A program made the translations under genes and the position numbers. The notes beneath the pieces are model-generated. The model ran no database searches, was not told the origin of the DNA, and saw nothing but the letters and a program-made list of their open reading frames with translations. A stretch of DNA of 63,845 nucleotides, filler included, from Polymyxa betae A26-41 (taxonomy: Eukaryota > Protista > Endomyxa: Phytomyxea): assembly GCA_003693705.1 (NCBI GenBank). It is 8 parts of 8 records of this genome, joined end to end, with 100 filler letters (N's around TTAATTAATTAA, not from the genome) between each part and the next. Parts side by side here need not be neighbours in the genome. Positions count along the whole stretch, not along the records: positions 4,238 to 16,851 come from RBZT01000458.1; positions 16,952 to 26,362 come from RBZT01000484.1; 6 more parts are not named here. One strand, written 5' to 3'. Of the stretch, positions 12,412 through 24,289 are shown one piece after another; positions within the stretch are counted from its first letter, which is position 1; each line of letters starts with the position of its first letter.

Positions 12412-13615
12412 ATGAATCGTGGTCGAGGTCCAGGGCGCGATCGACGCCCGCCTCCTGATCGGAAGCGCTCACCACCTCCACGAGATCGCAGAAGGTCACC
12501 GCCTCCTCGCCTGAGGGAGAGGAGCCCGCCACGAAAACGCGATTTTCGGCCTGCCGCTGATGTGCAAGTCGTGATTCTTGGTACAAAGCAAAGGTCTATG
12601 TTTACGGACTGTTAAATGAAATTTGTTTGTGACAGCGAATAGGCGATATGGCGACCAGTGTGCTGAAGAAATTCGTGCCGCTGGATTTTGGGTTGAGACC
12701 CGCTATTTAGAAGGTCAGCGCTTACGTGATGTGATTGGGCAGGCTGAGAAGGAGGCCAGCTCTTATCTCGTCATTGTCGGTATCGATAATGAACAGGATA
12801 AAAATGTCTCTTTCAAAATATTGGATAGCAATCAACCTCCGATTTCACGAGTCAGCATCAAGAGAGCTATCGACTTGATTATCGATCATGATCGTAGACG
12901 CCGTCGTCCACTACGATATATTGGCGAACCGCCCCCTGTCGTTACCCATCGTGCTTTCTCACCCGAACGCCGGCCGCCGTCTCCTGACCGTCGACCGGTG
13001 CTTCGTATGTCTCCTCCCAGACGCCTTCGAAGCCGTTCACCGCCATTTCGCTCTCCACCTTATTACCCTCAAGATCGTCTTCCGATTGACCGTGATCGGC
13101 TGCCAGTCGAACGTGATCGTCTCCCGATCGAGCGTGATGGATTTCAGCGGCCGCCGATGCCATATATTGACGATCGTATGTATATGCGCCGTCCATCTCG
13201 GGAATTATCTCCTGTTCGCGGAAAGCAACCTTATGAGCCATCTTATGGGCAGCCATTTGAGCGCCCTCCTTATTTTGATCATGGATATGATCATAGGCCC
13301 CCTCCTGCGGTTCGGGATTACGTGCCAATGCCTGCAGAACTTGATCCTGGATATCCAAGGGTCGGCCAATATAATTCTCTTGGGCCAGTTCCTCAACGAT
13401 CGCCTAATAGGCATCTTCCTTCACAACCTGCCGGGATTGATGATGCTGCGGTATCTGACCTTCTAGAGACACTTGACGACATAGAAAAAGCAGCCATTCC
13501 TGCTGGTTTCCAAATCCCTTCTGGTTCTGCTCCGGTTGGTCGGCCTTTCCCTCCAAGCTATCCTCCTCCCAATGCTTACGATATGCGTTCGCAAGCGCCA
13601 CCTTACCGTCGATAA
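12412..13615 (+). CDS. NCOA5: NCOA5-like protein (class II aaRS anticodon-binding-type domain within RS/RD/Pro-rich low complexity); intron 12594-12642
   Basis: VQVVILGTKQRRYGDQCAEEIRAAGFWVE...YLVIVGIDNEQDKNVSFKIL fits the HGTP-anticodon-like domain. Flanked by RRSPP and DRLP repeats. Confidence 0.65.
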
Positions 13616-13911
13616 TTGTAACCGAATTTTAAGTGTTATCGTGTAGATTGCCACATCTCGGCAATTGTCAATCGACTTGAGCTGGAAACAGATAGGCATT
13701 CTGCCTGCAGCTACCAGATCAAATGAAGCCTCCAACAAAAATATATATCGTTCCAATAAACCAATGAAAGGTAGTCGCTTATGCAATTTCTCTTAAAAAA
13801 TCGATACAAAACGGCGAACAGCTTGAAAATAACCGAGTTTGGGCACTACGTATACATATTTGTTGAAGCTACATGTGACGAGTCGAATCATTGTCACCAA
13901 TAATAACACCC

Positions 13912-15352
13912 ATGCAAAAAGAAGCCATCGATGCTAGAATGGAAGATGTAGATCGAGGCCATCCATTATCTTATTTCATTACTGACAACAAACTTGTTCC
14001 TGGAGTGGCGTATTCTGAAGGATTCTCTCAATGCTCCCAATCCTTAATTCAAGAGTTTAGTGATGATCCAGCAATCGAAGAGATTCGCTCCCAAGAGCTG
14101 GAATTAGAACAGCTCTGGAAGTCTGGTAATTTTTCCGTCTCACCCAAAGCGAGCCATAACTGTCAAGCTTAGGAGACAGAGTCAGCTCCTTCAAACTGGT
14201 CGTTGAGTGTGTCTCCAAACTTGGTATGCAACAAAATCTTGATAATTATCCAGCTCGAGTCATGAAGATCGTCAATTTTCTTGAACGATTCTCGTCTTTA
14301 CTTCAATCTCATATCAAGGCTCGTCGTAATGTAAGGACACATTCAACCGCTCGATTGGGTTTCAATATTCAAGACAGAAGCAAACGGCAGCCGAATTGAT
14401 CGAGAAATGGTCCAACAACATCGGCCTGATTCGTAGCGCCATCGCCCGTATCTACCTGAGCCTGGCCATGATTCCAATATCGACGACGCCTGCGGCTATG
14501 AGAAGGCTAACTCAAATGAGCCGTTGTATAGCAGACCCAACTATTTCAGCCTATACCAGGATGCTCTCTACTCGATATGCATCGACAGAATCTGTCATCG
14601 AAGCTCTACAAGACCAGATTCGAATTATGTACCCACGATGTGATGCTGGCGTTCTGAAGCGAATCGAACCCGCAATGACGTTTATGCTGGCTCGCATTCA
14701 GCATCATCGACCATCGCCCTTTTCATCGTTATTGGCCTCGTATCAGGAATATTCTACCGATGACAGATTGTTGTCATTGCTACTGAAAAATACGTCGCCC
14801 GACGTTATTCTAGCGAACGCTGGCGATATTATCGGCGTCATCGTCGATTCGCATCCGATTAACGCCGACCATATGGAGATTCTGCTGAAGGCGATAACGC
14901 AGACGTCGTCCCCTGTTTCCGAAAGTTTATTCACCAATTTGAGAAGAGGTCGAGCAGTTTAAATGCTATTCATTATATTGACCCAGATGATAGTTACACT
15001 TCGTATTAATTCAGACGAAGCCATTCTGAGGCTTCTCGTATTCCTGACAATAATAGTGATGGACAACATCGTTCCATGGTCGCCGACGTTGTTTTGTCAG
15101 CTGTATGACAGTATCTGTCAAATCGCCCGTCGCCGAAACCATCAGCATTCCATCACTTCCATAATCAATTCAATACTAAACAATGCATTCACGATCAATG
15201 CGTTTGAAGAAACGGTAAGAGCAAGAATCCCCGAGCTACTTTGAGCTTAAATTTCTTCCTAGAGTGAATGTGCCGATCTTATTGCCTTGCTAGATGAATC
15301 AAAGCGAGGCGAATACGTGTCAAAAATAACGCTAATAAAGATGAACATATGA
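13912..15352 (+). CDS. VPS35L: Divergent, short VPS35L (C16orf62, Retriever subunit)-like protein, multi-exon
   Basis: Spliced reading gives LWKSGDRVSSFKLVVECVSKL..YPARVMKIVNFLERF, ELIEKWSNNIGLIRSAIARIYL and MRRLTQMSRCIADPTISAYTR. These match, in order, the N-terminal VPS35L blocks as I recall them. Confidence 0.7.
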
Positions 15353-15375
15353 ATTTCACACACAATGTCCTTTCT

Positions 15376-16697
15376 TTAGAGCGATTGATCACTGACGTTG
15401 CTGTTAACCAAAACCATCCTGTAACGAACTGTGTTCTCAGCAACGTTCTTCAATGCTAAATTGCAATTCGAAGCGGTCATTGTTAGTCGCTCCGTCATTG
15501 CCTATTGAACGTTTAGCAGCTAAAGCAAGAAAATAATGTCATACCTGAATGTGATGCTCAGCAGCAAAATTCAACATTTTTGTTATTTCTCCAGGTGGTG
15601 CCAAATATGACCCAACAATACTCAAGTTTCGGGTTACTAACGGCCCAGGTTTGAATGTAACCTCAAGAGGCAGGCCAACCATGCATAGCTTCCCTTCTGG
15701 CTTCAATAAATTCAAATACAGCGCCCAGTCGACATTGTCTGCAGAAACAGTCGACAATAAGAAATCTGTTGAAAACGATGAGATTTGTACTAAGTTAATC
15801 GAATGATGAACTGATACCAAAAGTTCCCAGACGAGATTCGTACTGCTTCGTATCATTAACATTTAAAAAGTGATTGGCGCCCAAGAAAACAGCTTCGTCC
15901 TTCTTATTAGCAGAAGTCGATATGGCCTAATCAACATGTTAGAAGGGTGTTGGAAATCAAAGCTAACCAACATACTGTAGTATCGAATCCAAGCGCTCTA
16001 GAAAACTGAAGGGCCATATGTCCTGTCATTGTGCAATAAATAAAAGTTGTGCAATAATCAGAATTACTATACCTAGTCCTCCAATACCGATAATGCCAAC
16101 AACATCACCTTTCTGTAAATCATGCTGAACGAACGGTGCCCATGTCGTCAATCCAGCACACATAATGGGGGCTGCATTAACAGCATCTAATGCATCAGGT
16201 ATGGGGAACGCCCAATCTGCTCGAACACGAATCTTGTCAGCAAAACCCCCATACGTATAAGGCTGATGGGAATTGCCAGTAGGGGTATTGTACGATTTCA
16301 CTTTCTTGCTGCAAAGCTGATTTCGTCCGGATTGACATTGCTCACAATGGTCGCAGCTTCCAGTCTGAGGTCCAACACCGACTCGCTGTCCCATCGCCAA
16401 ATGTTTCACATCAGCGCCTCAAGCGTTATTCAGTAAAATGAGAACCTCCGGAGACCCCTAATATGAGATACCTAATGCAACCACACGCCCTATGATTTCA
16501 TGGCCTAGGACGAGGGGGAAATTAGCAGAGCCCCAATCATTATGCTGTTGGTGCAGATCGCTATGACAGACGCCACAGGCGATGATATCGATCTCAACCT
16601 GATTGCTCTGAAGCGGCATAGGTCTGTAAGAGAAGTTGATGACATCGGCACCTGGTTGAAGCACAGCGAATGCACGAATGTGAGCTTCGGCCGACAT
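15376..16697 (-). CDS. Zn-dependent medium-chain alcohol dehydrogenase (cinnamyl-ADH/YahK-like), multi-exon
   Basis: CGVCHSD, GHE, structural Zn CxxCxxCx7C, CAGLT, GIGGLG Rossmann motif, C-terminal VRYRMVL. Confidence 0.95.
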
Positions 16698-16851
16698 CAA
16701 CACGGATTGACAAAGTTAGAAGTACATAAGCAGCCGCGCGTAATCCAAAATCCTGCGCAGCGGAAATTAACCGGTATGTACCGTCGCGGACATCTTAACT
16801 GTCATAAACTGACCGGGTTGTTGCAAACTGTGTTGGCAGAGCGGCGCAGCC

Positions 16852-16951
16852 NNNNNNNNNNNNNNNNNNNNNNNNNNNNNNNNNNNNNNNNNNNNTTAAT
16901 TAATTAANNNNNNNNNNNNNNNNNNNNNNNNNNNNNNNNNNNNNNNNNNNN
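16852..16951. other. Artificial contig linker
   Basis: N44-TTAATTAATTAA-N44. Confidence 0.98.
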
Positions 16952-18935
16952 CAGTCCATTTGTGATTAGCTCCTCAATAAACGCTGTTTAAGAACTGGCT
17001 ATCCTCTGGGCTGTATCTCCGCCCTCTGCACCGAATCGGTCTCGCATTTGGAAGAAGCCGTGTGATAAACGGAGTTACTGTTGCTGGAGCGTCTGGTCCT
17101 AGGTTAAAAGGTTAATCCGCCAGATATCTACATATCTTCGCACTAGCCGATCCAGCCTCTTTAACCATTCCTCTGGTAACCCATTTATTGCCTCATTCTC
17201 CAGCAGAGCTTCGATTTCTGCCTCTATATCTTCGCTGTTGAATTTGCCAATTACGACATCTTCGTCATCCTCTATTGTGGAATTCTGATCATCGTCAACG
17301 CTTTGTATGATGGGTTTATTTCGCCCTGCTTCTCGTAAAGGGTGATGTTGACCATTTCTATTCAGGATTAATGCGTCGAGCGCACTTTTTGGCTCAATGC
17401 CGAGTTCCTCTAACCAATCGCTACCCAGTTTGATCTCATCACTGGGGACATCCCAAATCAGACACTGTCGATTTCTTATGATCAAATCTCCAGCTTTTGT
17501 GAGCAGCCCTAAATTTACGCAAATAAAGTCCGTGGCTGTCACCTCTGTCTCGTTATCACCTAATCTCAGCCTGATAGGGTCTGCGAGTTTCTGAACGGGA
17601 ATGTTAGGATCGTTTTTATAGCTCTCTCGGCGAACGTTTTTGGAATTAAGGAAACGCCAACTGCACCACTGTCCAGGATGCATGGAAAGTAAAGCCCCTC
17701 ATTAATTTTCACTTCTATCTGATTTTCCTCTATCTCTTTTCCAATTTTGCACACCATCGTATAATCAGACTGTTTCTTTCCCATTTTATTGTCATTCTTC
17801 TTTGAGAATTCATGAACCTCTTTTTTAGAAACGTTCTTCGGACATTTGAAGACAGGGAGGCCTACCTGATCGCAGCCATAGCAGACGAGGGGCTTCTTGT
17901 CCCCTTTCGCTTCCTTTTTAGGGGGTGGCTCACTCTTGGTTGTACCGGTACCTGTGAAAACTATACGCTGTTCGCGCTGTAGTTTCTTACCAGTCGACTT
18001 GCATTCTTCTTCCCTCAGATCCTCTGTAGCCACCTTGATCGACCGCTCATATGACTTGGCTAGGTCCAACAGCACGGTCACGAACGACCGTGGGCGAGTT
18101 CCAAATCGTGGGTTCGCTGCTATCTCCGCCTTCAATAATTTCTTCAAGCCATTAGGGCGGACGGCATTGAGAAGATACTTCACCTCTAACTTCTCTCCAT
18201 CATCATCTTCAATGACCGTTGCCAACCGTTATCATCCACTAGTTGATCAAATTGACGCTCGAGATCTATGACCCGTGCCATGGGGCATTTGATCTCCAGG
18301 TTCATCACCAATTCCCTCATCTTAAGATCCATTTCGGAGACACTAGTCACCAGACTCTTCAGTAAGTCATTGATCCATTCTTCAAGGTCAGAATCTGTGA
18401 CGTCCTCAACCCGCTTCTTCTCCGAATGGTAACGCCAATACGCCCGAACCAAGTGACGGTCCAGCATGTCAACCAACGAACGCAGCTGTGCTCCTTCTGC
18501 ACCTGAATCCACGAAAACCCGTAGATATTGTTCTCGTTCCGAGACGAATCGTACCAGCTCAGGGCGATCAACGGACGTCAATGTCGGCGCTTTGTTGGTT
18601 TCGAACACGGTAACATTGCTCGACGCCACTCGCTGTCCACGACTGTATAGACCGTCGACGAGCTTCATCTTGCTCCTGGACTCAGTTCCTCTAACCTGGG
18701 TATGTTTCGTCACCAAATCCTCGTTCCCATCCGAAGATGATTTCGAAGTTACCCGAGGTTCAGTGTCTTTTTGTTCCTCTGTCGGACGGAGCCCCATCTT
18801 GGCAACCTCATTGGCAACTTGCTCAGCTTCGTCGCCGTAGGTGACGGTGTCTTCCTCATCATGCTCCATTCTGACAGGTGCCATCTCAGTCTTAGTCAGC
18901 TGAAAGAATTCTTTGAAGCAATCTGTCCACGACAA
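16952..18935 (-). mobile_element. Ty3/Gypsy LTR retrotransposon gag-protease and start of RT, frameshifted
   Basis: Gag-like ORFs, degenerate Zn knuckle CYGCDQVGLPVFKC, aspartic protease ILDSGA, LGSDWLEELGI. Pre-RT region is truncated by the gap; several frameshifts. Confidence 0.88.
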
Positions 18936-19407
18936 CGAAATCCCAAACGTGTGATGGACAGTAGAGAAATTCTGATTCTGTATTTCCTAAATTAGGCCTG
19001 GTCATGCCGTGCGGACCTCTCGACGCCGGGCGGACTTGGTAGCTGTACTGTTATAGTGCAGCTTGTCATACTTGAGCTTGGACGCAGTTTTTAAACCTTT
19101 CAGATTTATGCGATGAATACTTTGTATTGCAATATGATATTTCGCAGTCGTCTTTACAAGTTTGCGTACGGGGCTTTATTCAATCTGATACAATTGGATA
19201 TGAAAGAGATTCCTGGCAATTTTAATTGGATTGCTTTACGGGTGATATATTGGCTGATCTGGCTAGGCTGGGAATAACTTTGACAAATAAACTTCAAAAC
19301 AGATCATACTTTACTTTATGTTCGAGACTGATTGATTAGAGCTAGCTGTGATTTTATTGTAAAAATTGAATTTATCCTGATTGCGTTTCTCTGCAATTAT
19401 TCGGTGA

Positions 19408-20257
19408 TTACATGCGTTTTGGATATGTAAATTTACGCAGATGGCTCATGCAAATATCTTCAATGCTCAGCAAATATCTCTCAGCAGAATCTGCGATTTC
19501 ACGCAATTCGAAGTGCAAAATTCTGCGTGAACTTGCGAAATGGCCGTGAAAATTCGCAGGTCCGAAAATGCGGTAAAACTCAGGCCTGCGCAGTTCTGGT
19601 GACAAAGGACTCGAGGCAAAATGTAAGGTTCCGTCATGCTTCTATGCAATTCTGAATCGAAACCCGGTTCAGTCCGTTCTCCACGAGACTGGTGCCAAAA
19701 TACAACTGAGGAGATCTCGTAATCTCCGTTACAACATCGGCACAACTAACGTATCCGAGCACAGAACTTGTGCTGGTAGAATCTCGTCTGTTCAGATCAG
19801 CTCCCATCGCCACTATGGTTCTGAACAATTACCATGGTGATCGACATTTTATTTTCCTGAATTTTAAGTCGATAGTGATTATTACCTTCACTCTGGCTCA
19901 GCAGACGATGTCGGACGTTAGAAGTTTCTTGCTCGCTTGGGCCTATCAACAGTCGACGACATGTGTTTTGATATTTTAGTTCTTTTTGAAAGCTTGGATA
20001 GCGGCACAGAGTCTCGAAGGTCCTGCTCGGAGCGAAGCGATGCAACGGGACTGAAGCGAAAGAGGGGAGATATGAGGTATTTTCTGATAACAAATGTTAG
20101 ACGATTTTGGATTCCAACCATATCGTGAAAAACGGCATCGAGAACAATTAAGATCATCGTCGCCTCGACCGGCATGGTCAGAAACTGCACAGGCTTCGCA
20201 TATAGGTCTGCATTCCTGTAGTGATAACGCTATTTGAACGGCAAGAAATGCTGACAT
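19408..20257 (-). pseudogene. Decayed gene with ankyrin-like and possible F-box-like remnants
   Basis: RTIVAMGADLNRRD is ankyrin-like. IVLDAVFH...RLTFVIRK resembles the N-terminal motif of the 46242 gene. Many frameshifts. Confidence 0.35.
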
Positions 20258-20485
20258 TGAGAAAGGACATTACCTCCAGAACCTATGTTGTATTCTGAAC
20301 TTTTCATTAAATTCTGCACCACGTCTTCAGTGATATAGGGAGATTCTGTTATCAGATCTGGAAGCTGAGCATCGTCGTGCACGGTTTAATGCTCCAGCGT
20401 TCTCATTGGTAGCAAGTCTGGAAAATCTAGGATTCCATAGACCGTAAAAAAGAGACTTTCAATACATACTTTCATGCATGTCCGT

Positions 20486-21600
20486 TCAAATGTCCATCGT
20501 GGCTACAAGAAGTATGTCGACATGCTTTAGACCTTGTGATAGATATTCACGAGCCACAGCAAATATTTCCTTTCGACTCAAGTAATACCGTACAAAATAC
20601 TCCAGGAAGCGTTCATGGTTCTGTAACGAATTGGAAAGGAAGTAGCTCAGCATGGCTTCGAATTCTGCTGTGAGGCGACCTCTTCTGAAAACCGAGAGCT
20701 CTTGATACACCCGATTCTTTTCCTCATTACCGGCAACTAATTTTTCACCCGGGAAGTCTCGTTTTCAGTATCCTGAAGCAAAATTCAGAACAGATGGCAC
20801 CTGCTGTTGCCAGTTTTTGGTTCTGTGCCAGACGCACAGGAAATGCCCTTGTAGAAATTTGAAACGCTCGTGGCAACCCACCATGAGACATTGTCGTGAT
20901 CCGATCAGAAGCGTCAGAGGATCCAGCAGTTGGAAATTCTCCTAAAAACTTGAACCAAAATCAATTTAATGCATTATCAAATTGTCAGCCTTAACTTCGT
21001 CTTAATAAACATTACCTGCATATAACTGCTGGATACACTTTCGTTTGTGAACAAGGCTGGCAGGCCCGTGTTACTCCTTCTTTCGGCGACAAAACACGTA
21101 ATGGGTTTGAATCCAAAATTGGCCCTGTTATCGGTGGTATTCACCGAAAGCATTCTTTTGCGTACAAACTCAGGCTTTCCCACATGGCTTTGGTCTGAAA
21201 GACAACTCATCAGTGGTGAAGCCTGAACCAGATGAATCAGGAATAGGGGATGCGATGAGAACAATTAATAATAGCATCATTGGTTTGGGTTCTTTATGAA
21301 GCATAACGGAGCTCCAGTTCTCTGCTGAAAGCTTTTCAACTATTTGGTGGACAGCTAGAGCGTCATTCGATAGAATGTCGTGTTTTCTTTCCAGGCGAGC
21401 CTTGCAATTTAGTATGTCCTGGCGAGTTACCAGACGACGGCTGGTGCTCAAGTTCACGAAGTGAGCATTGTTCACAAGATGCCAATTCACAATTATTTAA
21501 ATGCAGCTCGCTTTGTTGCGATTGTTGAATTGGGCCGTTCTGCTTTGCAAAATTTGCTCCCCGGTTAAGTCCTGCTCAATTTGCGATTCGATATCGTGCT
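20486..21600 (-). mobile_element. Degenerate Mutator (MULE) transposase remnant
   Basis: Fragments VTRQDILN and GLPALFTNES, plus HFLCVWH (MULE CxxH motif) read on the minus strand at ~20825-20845. Heavily disrupted. Confidence 0.6.
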
Positions 21601-21611
21601 GAACGTTTTTG

Positions 21612-22085
21612 GGCTCATTGGACCGGCACAACGCGTGAAATTATGCGTGGCTCATCTGAGTTGGAGATCACCTACTTAATTCTGCCCGGGGACTTTTGCC
21701 TGATTCTGGTTAGAAATGCAGTCACATCCAAGAGAAGGGTGTGTAATACTGCTCAAGTAGGCCTTGGACAAACAGCTTTGGAGCTGTTATTGTACCTTTT
21801 GGTCAGTTGCTATGAACTTTAGGCGCAGTTTCTACAGATTTGTCGCTTTGTGCTCAGTGGACCGGACCGGCTCACAGCTCGTGAAAAGATGCTTGGCTCA
21901 TCTGAGTTGGGGTCAATTTCTTAATTCTGCCAGAGGGCTGGGTGCCTGATTCTGGTGAGAAATGCAGTCACATTCATGAGAGGGGTCTGTGTAGAACTGC
22001 TTAAGTAGGCCTTGGACTAACAGCTGTGGAACTGTTTTTTTACCTTTTGATCAGATAATTGCGGTGAAGTTCTGGCGCAGTTACT
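21612..22085. repeat. Diverged direct tandem duplication, period ~245 bp
   Basis: GGCTCATCTGAGTTGG...GCCTGATTCTGG...AGAAATGCAGTCACAT...AAGTAGGCCTTGGAC occurs at ~21649 and again at ~21895. Confidence 0.85.
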
Positions 22086-22364
22086 TTATTTGTAACGTTC
22101 CACGAAGGTCACGAAGGTCCCATAACGAGAATTTCGATTCTTTTTTCTATATAAGGAACAATAATAAGGAGATCCGTTAATTGGTGGAACTAAAGGTTTT
22201 CGCCCGGGGTTTCTCCTAATCTCAGCATGAGAGCTTTGCGCTGCGCAGTCCGTGAAGAACTAGGCATGGAAGTCTGGCTACCTCCAAAATCCTGCATGAG
22301 CCTGAATTGCGGGAGCGGTCACGATGGCGTTCAGTAAGGCGTAAATACATAGAAACTACGCGGC

Positions 22365-22851
22365 TTGATCATGCTCCGACGTCAAAAAAAATCGACACAG
22401 CGACCATGCGATAGACTCGAATTCCAGATGCTAGGCCCATTCGCAATTGAAGAGCAAATTAACCTGTTGCATATCGCATTCTTTCTCCATCAACTGCTAG
22501 ACACCACGACGTTTGTCAAGTGTCTCAACTGGAGCCGTATCGCCAGAACAATATCCAGAATCGCGACGAACCGCCGCCAGCACCGTTAACCCTGGACGAT
22601 CACCACCCCATTATAGAGTCAAGGAAGTGTTTGATTCACGATATTACCGGATCCAGTTGCAGTACCTGATAGACAGGGAAGGGTATAATCCTTCCGAGCA
22701 ATCCAGGGACTATGCGAGAAAGTTGGGAGCAACTGAAGTCTTGAAAAGCCATATTAGAGAGTTCCATGACAAGTCTCCAGAAAAATCAGGACCTCCGTCC
22801 CGAACAAACCAAGGCACAAAGAGGGGACAATGTCACGGGCTGCGTCCATGA
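22365..22851 (+). mobile_element. Second chromovirus 3' end (GPF + chromodomain), PPT and LTR start at 22831
   Basis: RPCDRLEFQMLGPF, YRVKEVFDSRYYRIQLQYLIDREGY; AAAGAGGGGACAA followed by TGTCAC. Confidence 0.85.
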
Positions 22852-24289
22852 CAACTGCCAAGAGGCCACGCCAAGACCATTCCGGCGCGGCCTGCGTAAT
22901 TTAAGTACTATCAACTCATTCCAACTGATATTGCCAGGTAAGATATGCGCAACATTCTTACAGCAATCCCGTGGAAGGTATGCTGGCATGGAAACCGCTC
23001 CAAGTGGCGTCAAGCTAGATCTAGCGGTACGCGAGCAGCAGGCTGCGCCAATGGAGGCAGCGTCTATAGTGGATGGCTGCGCCAAAAAGGCTCCACCAAG
23101 TCTGTGAATTTAAAATGCGCAGATATTATCTCGCAAATCCAACAGAGATTGGCAATTGTAATTCAGTCGTCGATCAGAGCGTATGAAAACCTTGGATCTC
23201 CCCACAACGAATGCGAGCACTGAGCCCCGAGTTTTAGTCGTTCATGGTGATTGCACTTGTGCTCTGTACGCCGTGCATTGTTCGAACGTTTCTCGATCCT
23301 CCAGATTGGATTCTGGAACTGGGTTGGTCACACCCTGGTTAAGCATGGATATCAGGGCCATTGTTCTTGTTTAGATTTGTTCACACAATCCTGGATGTCT
23401 TGCAGGCTTTTTTATTGTGAAGATGAAGCTGGCCCATGAGTTGCGCAAAGTGACGGCAGTTCTCCACCATTCCGGCAAAATAACTTTTGGAAAATTGCAA
23501 CACCTTTTTGCTGAGCAATTCCGTACTCTCTGGCTCTTCTCTTTCTAAATCTATTTCTTCGGGAATCGTTGCCCCCTGTGTATGGAAGCAGGATGCCACA
23601 GGTTTAGCCTGTAAGAAACTAATCACCGCAACTCCGTAGAGCTGCCTTTTCCAGCGTAGATACTGCAAAATGTCCGTGAAAAATCGCAAGGCTCAAATGC
23701 ATGAATATGTGCCCAAAACTGCGGGAATCCGGAGTTTGATGGAAAAGCAGCATCGGACGCAGCAGACGGCATAGTAATGCTGTATCTGAATACGCATCTA
23801 TTTGTTTGAAACATGCATTAACGACGCAATACAATTGGTGTGAATTTGCTTTCGATCAGATGCAGGGTAACGCTTGAAATCCCTCAATAATGCATTTGGA
23901 AATTCTCCAATGAATTTCCAATAAGAGTGTCGGATTGGAAATTTTCTTGTATTTTTATTCATACGCTTTGCGGATATTTGTGGATGTATACATAGCAACA
24001 GACATCTTAATTGCTTGCATTGGATAATTTTTGATTTGTATCTATCCGGCAATCTCGTTTGGCAAGATTTAGTGTAGCTATTAACGGGGGTCATCCATTA
24101 TTTCAGGCGACCGGCCTTATTCAAGCCGTACACCCGGTGTGATATCACAAACGACCCTGCTACGCGTGCAACTGGTTGCACAAATAAGCCCGTGGGCAAC
24201 CACTGGGAGTCGCACAAAAATTCCCGTGGACAAACTCCCTATCACAAGGGCAGTCTGTGTCACAATGGAAGATGTGTATTAGTATGGCA

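Noticed and set aside
12888-13601. Alternative-frame and antisense ORFs over the NCOA5-like gene, and similar ones over LSG1, DNAI2 and FSH
   Set aside because: Shadow ORFs of real coding sequence with no recognisable motifs.
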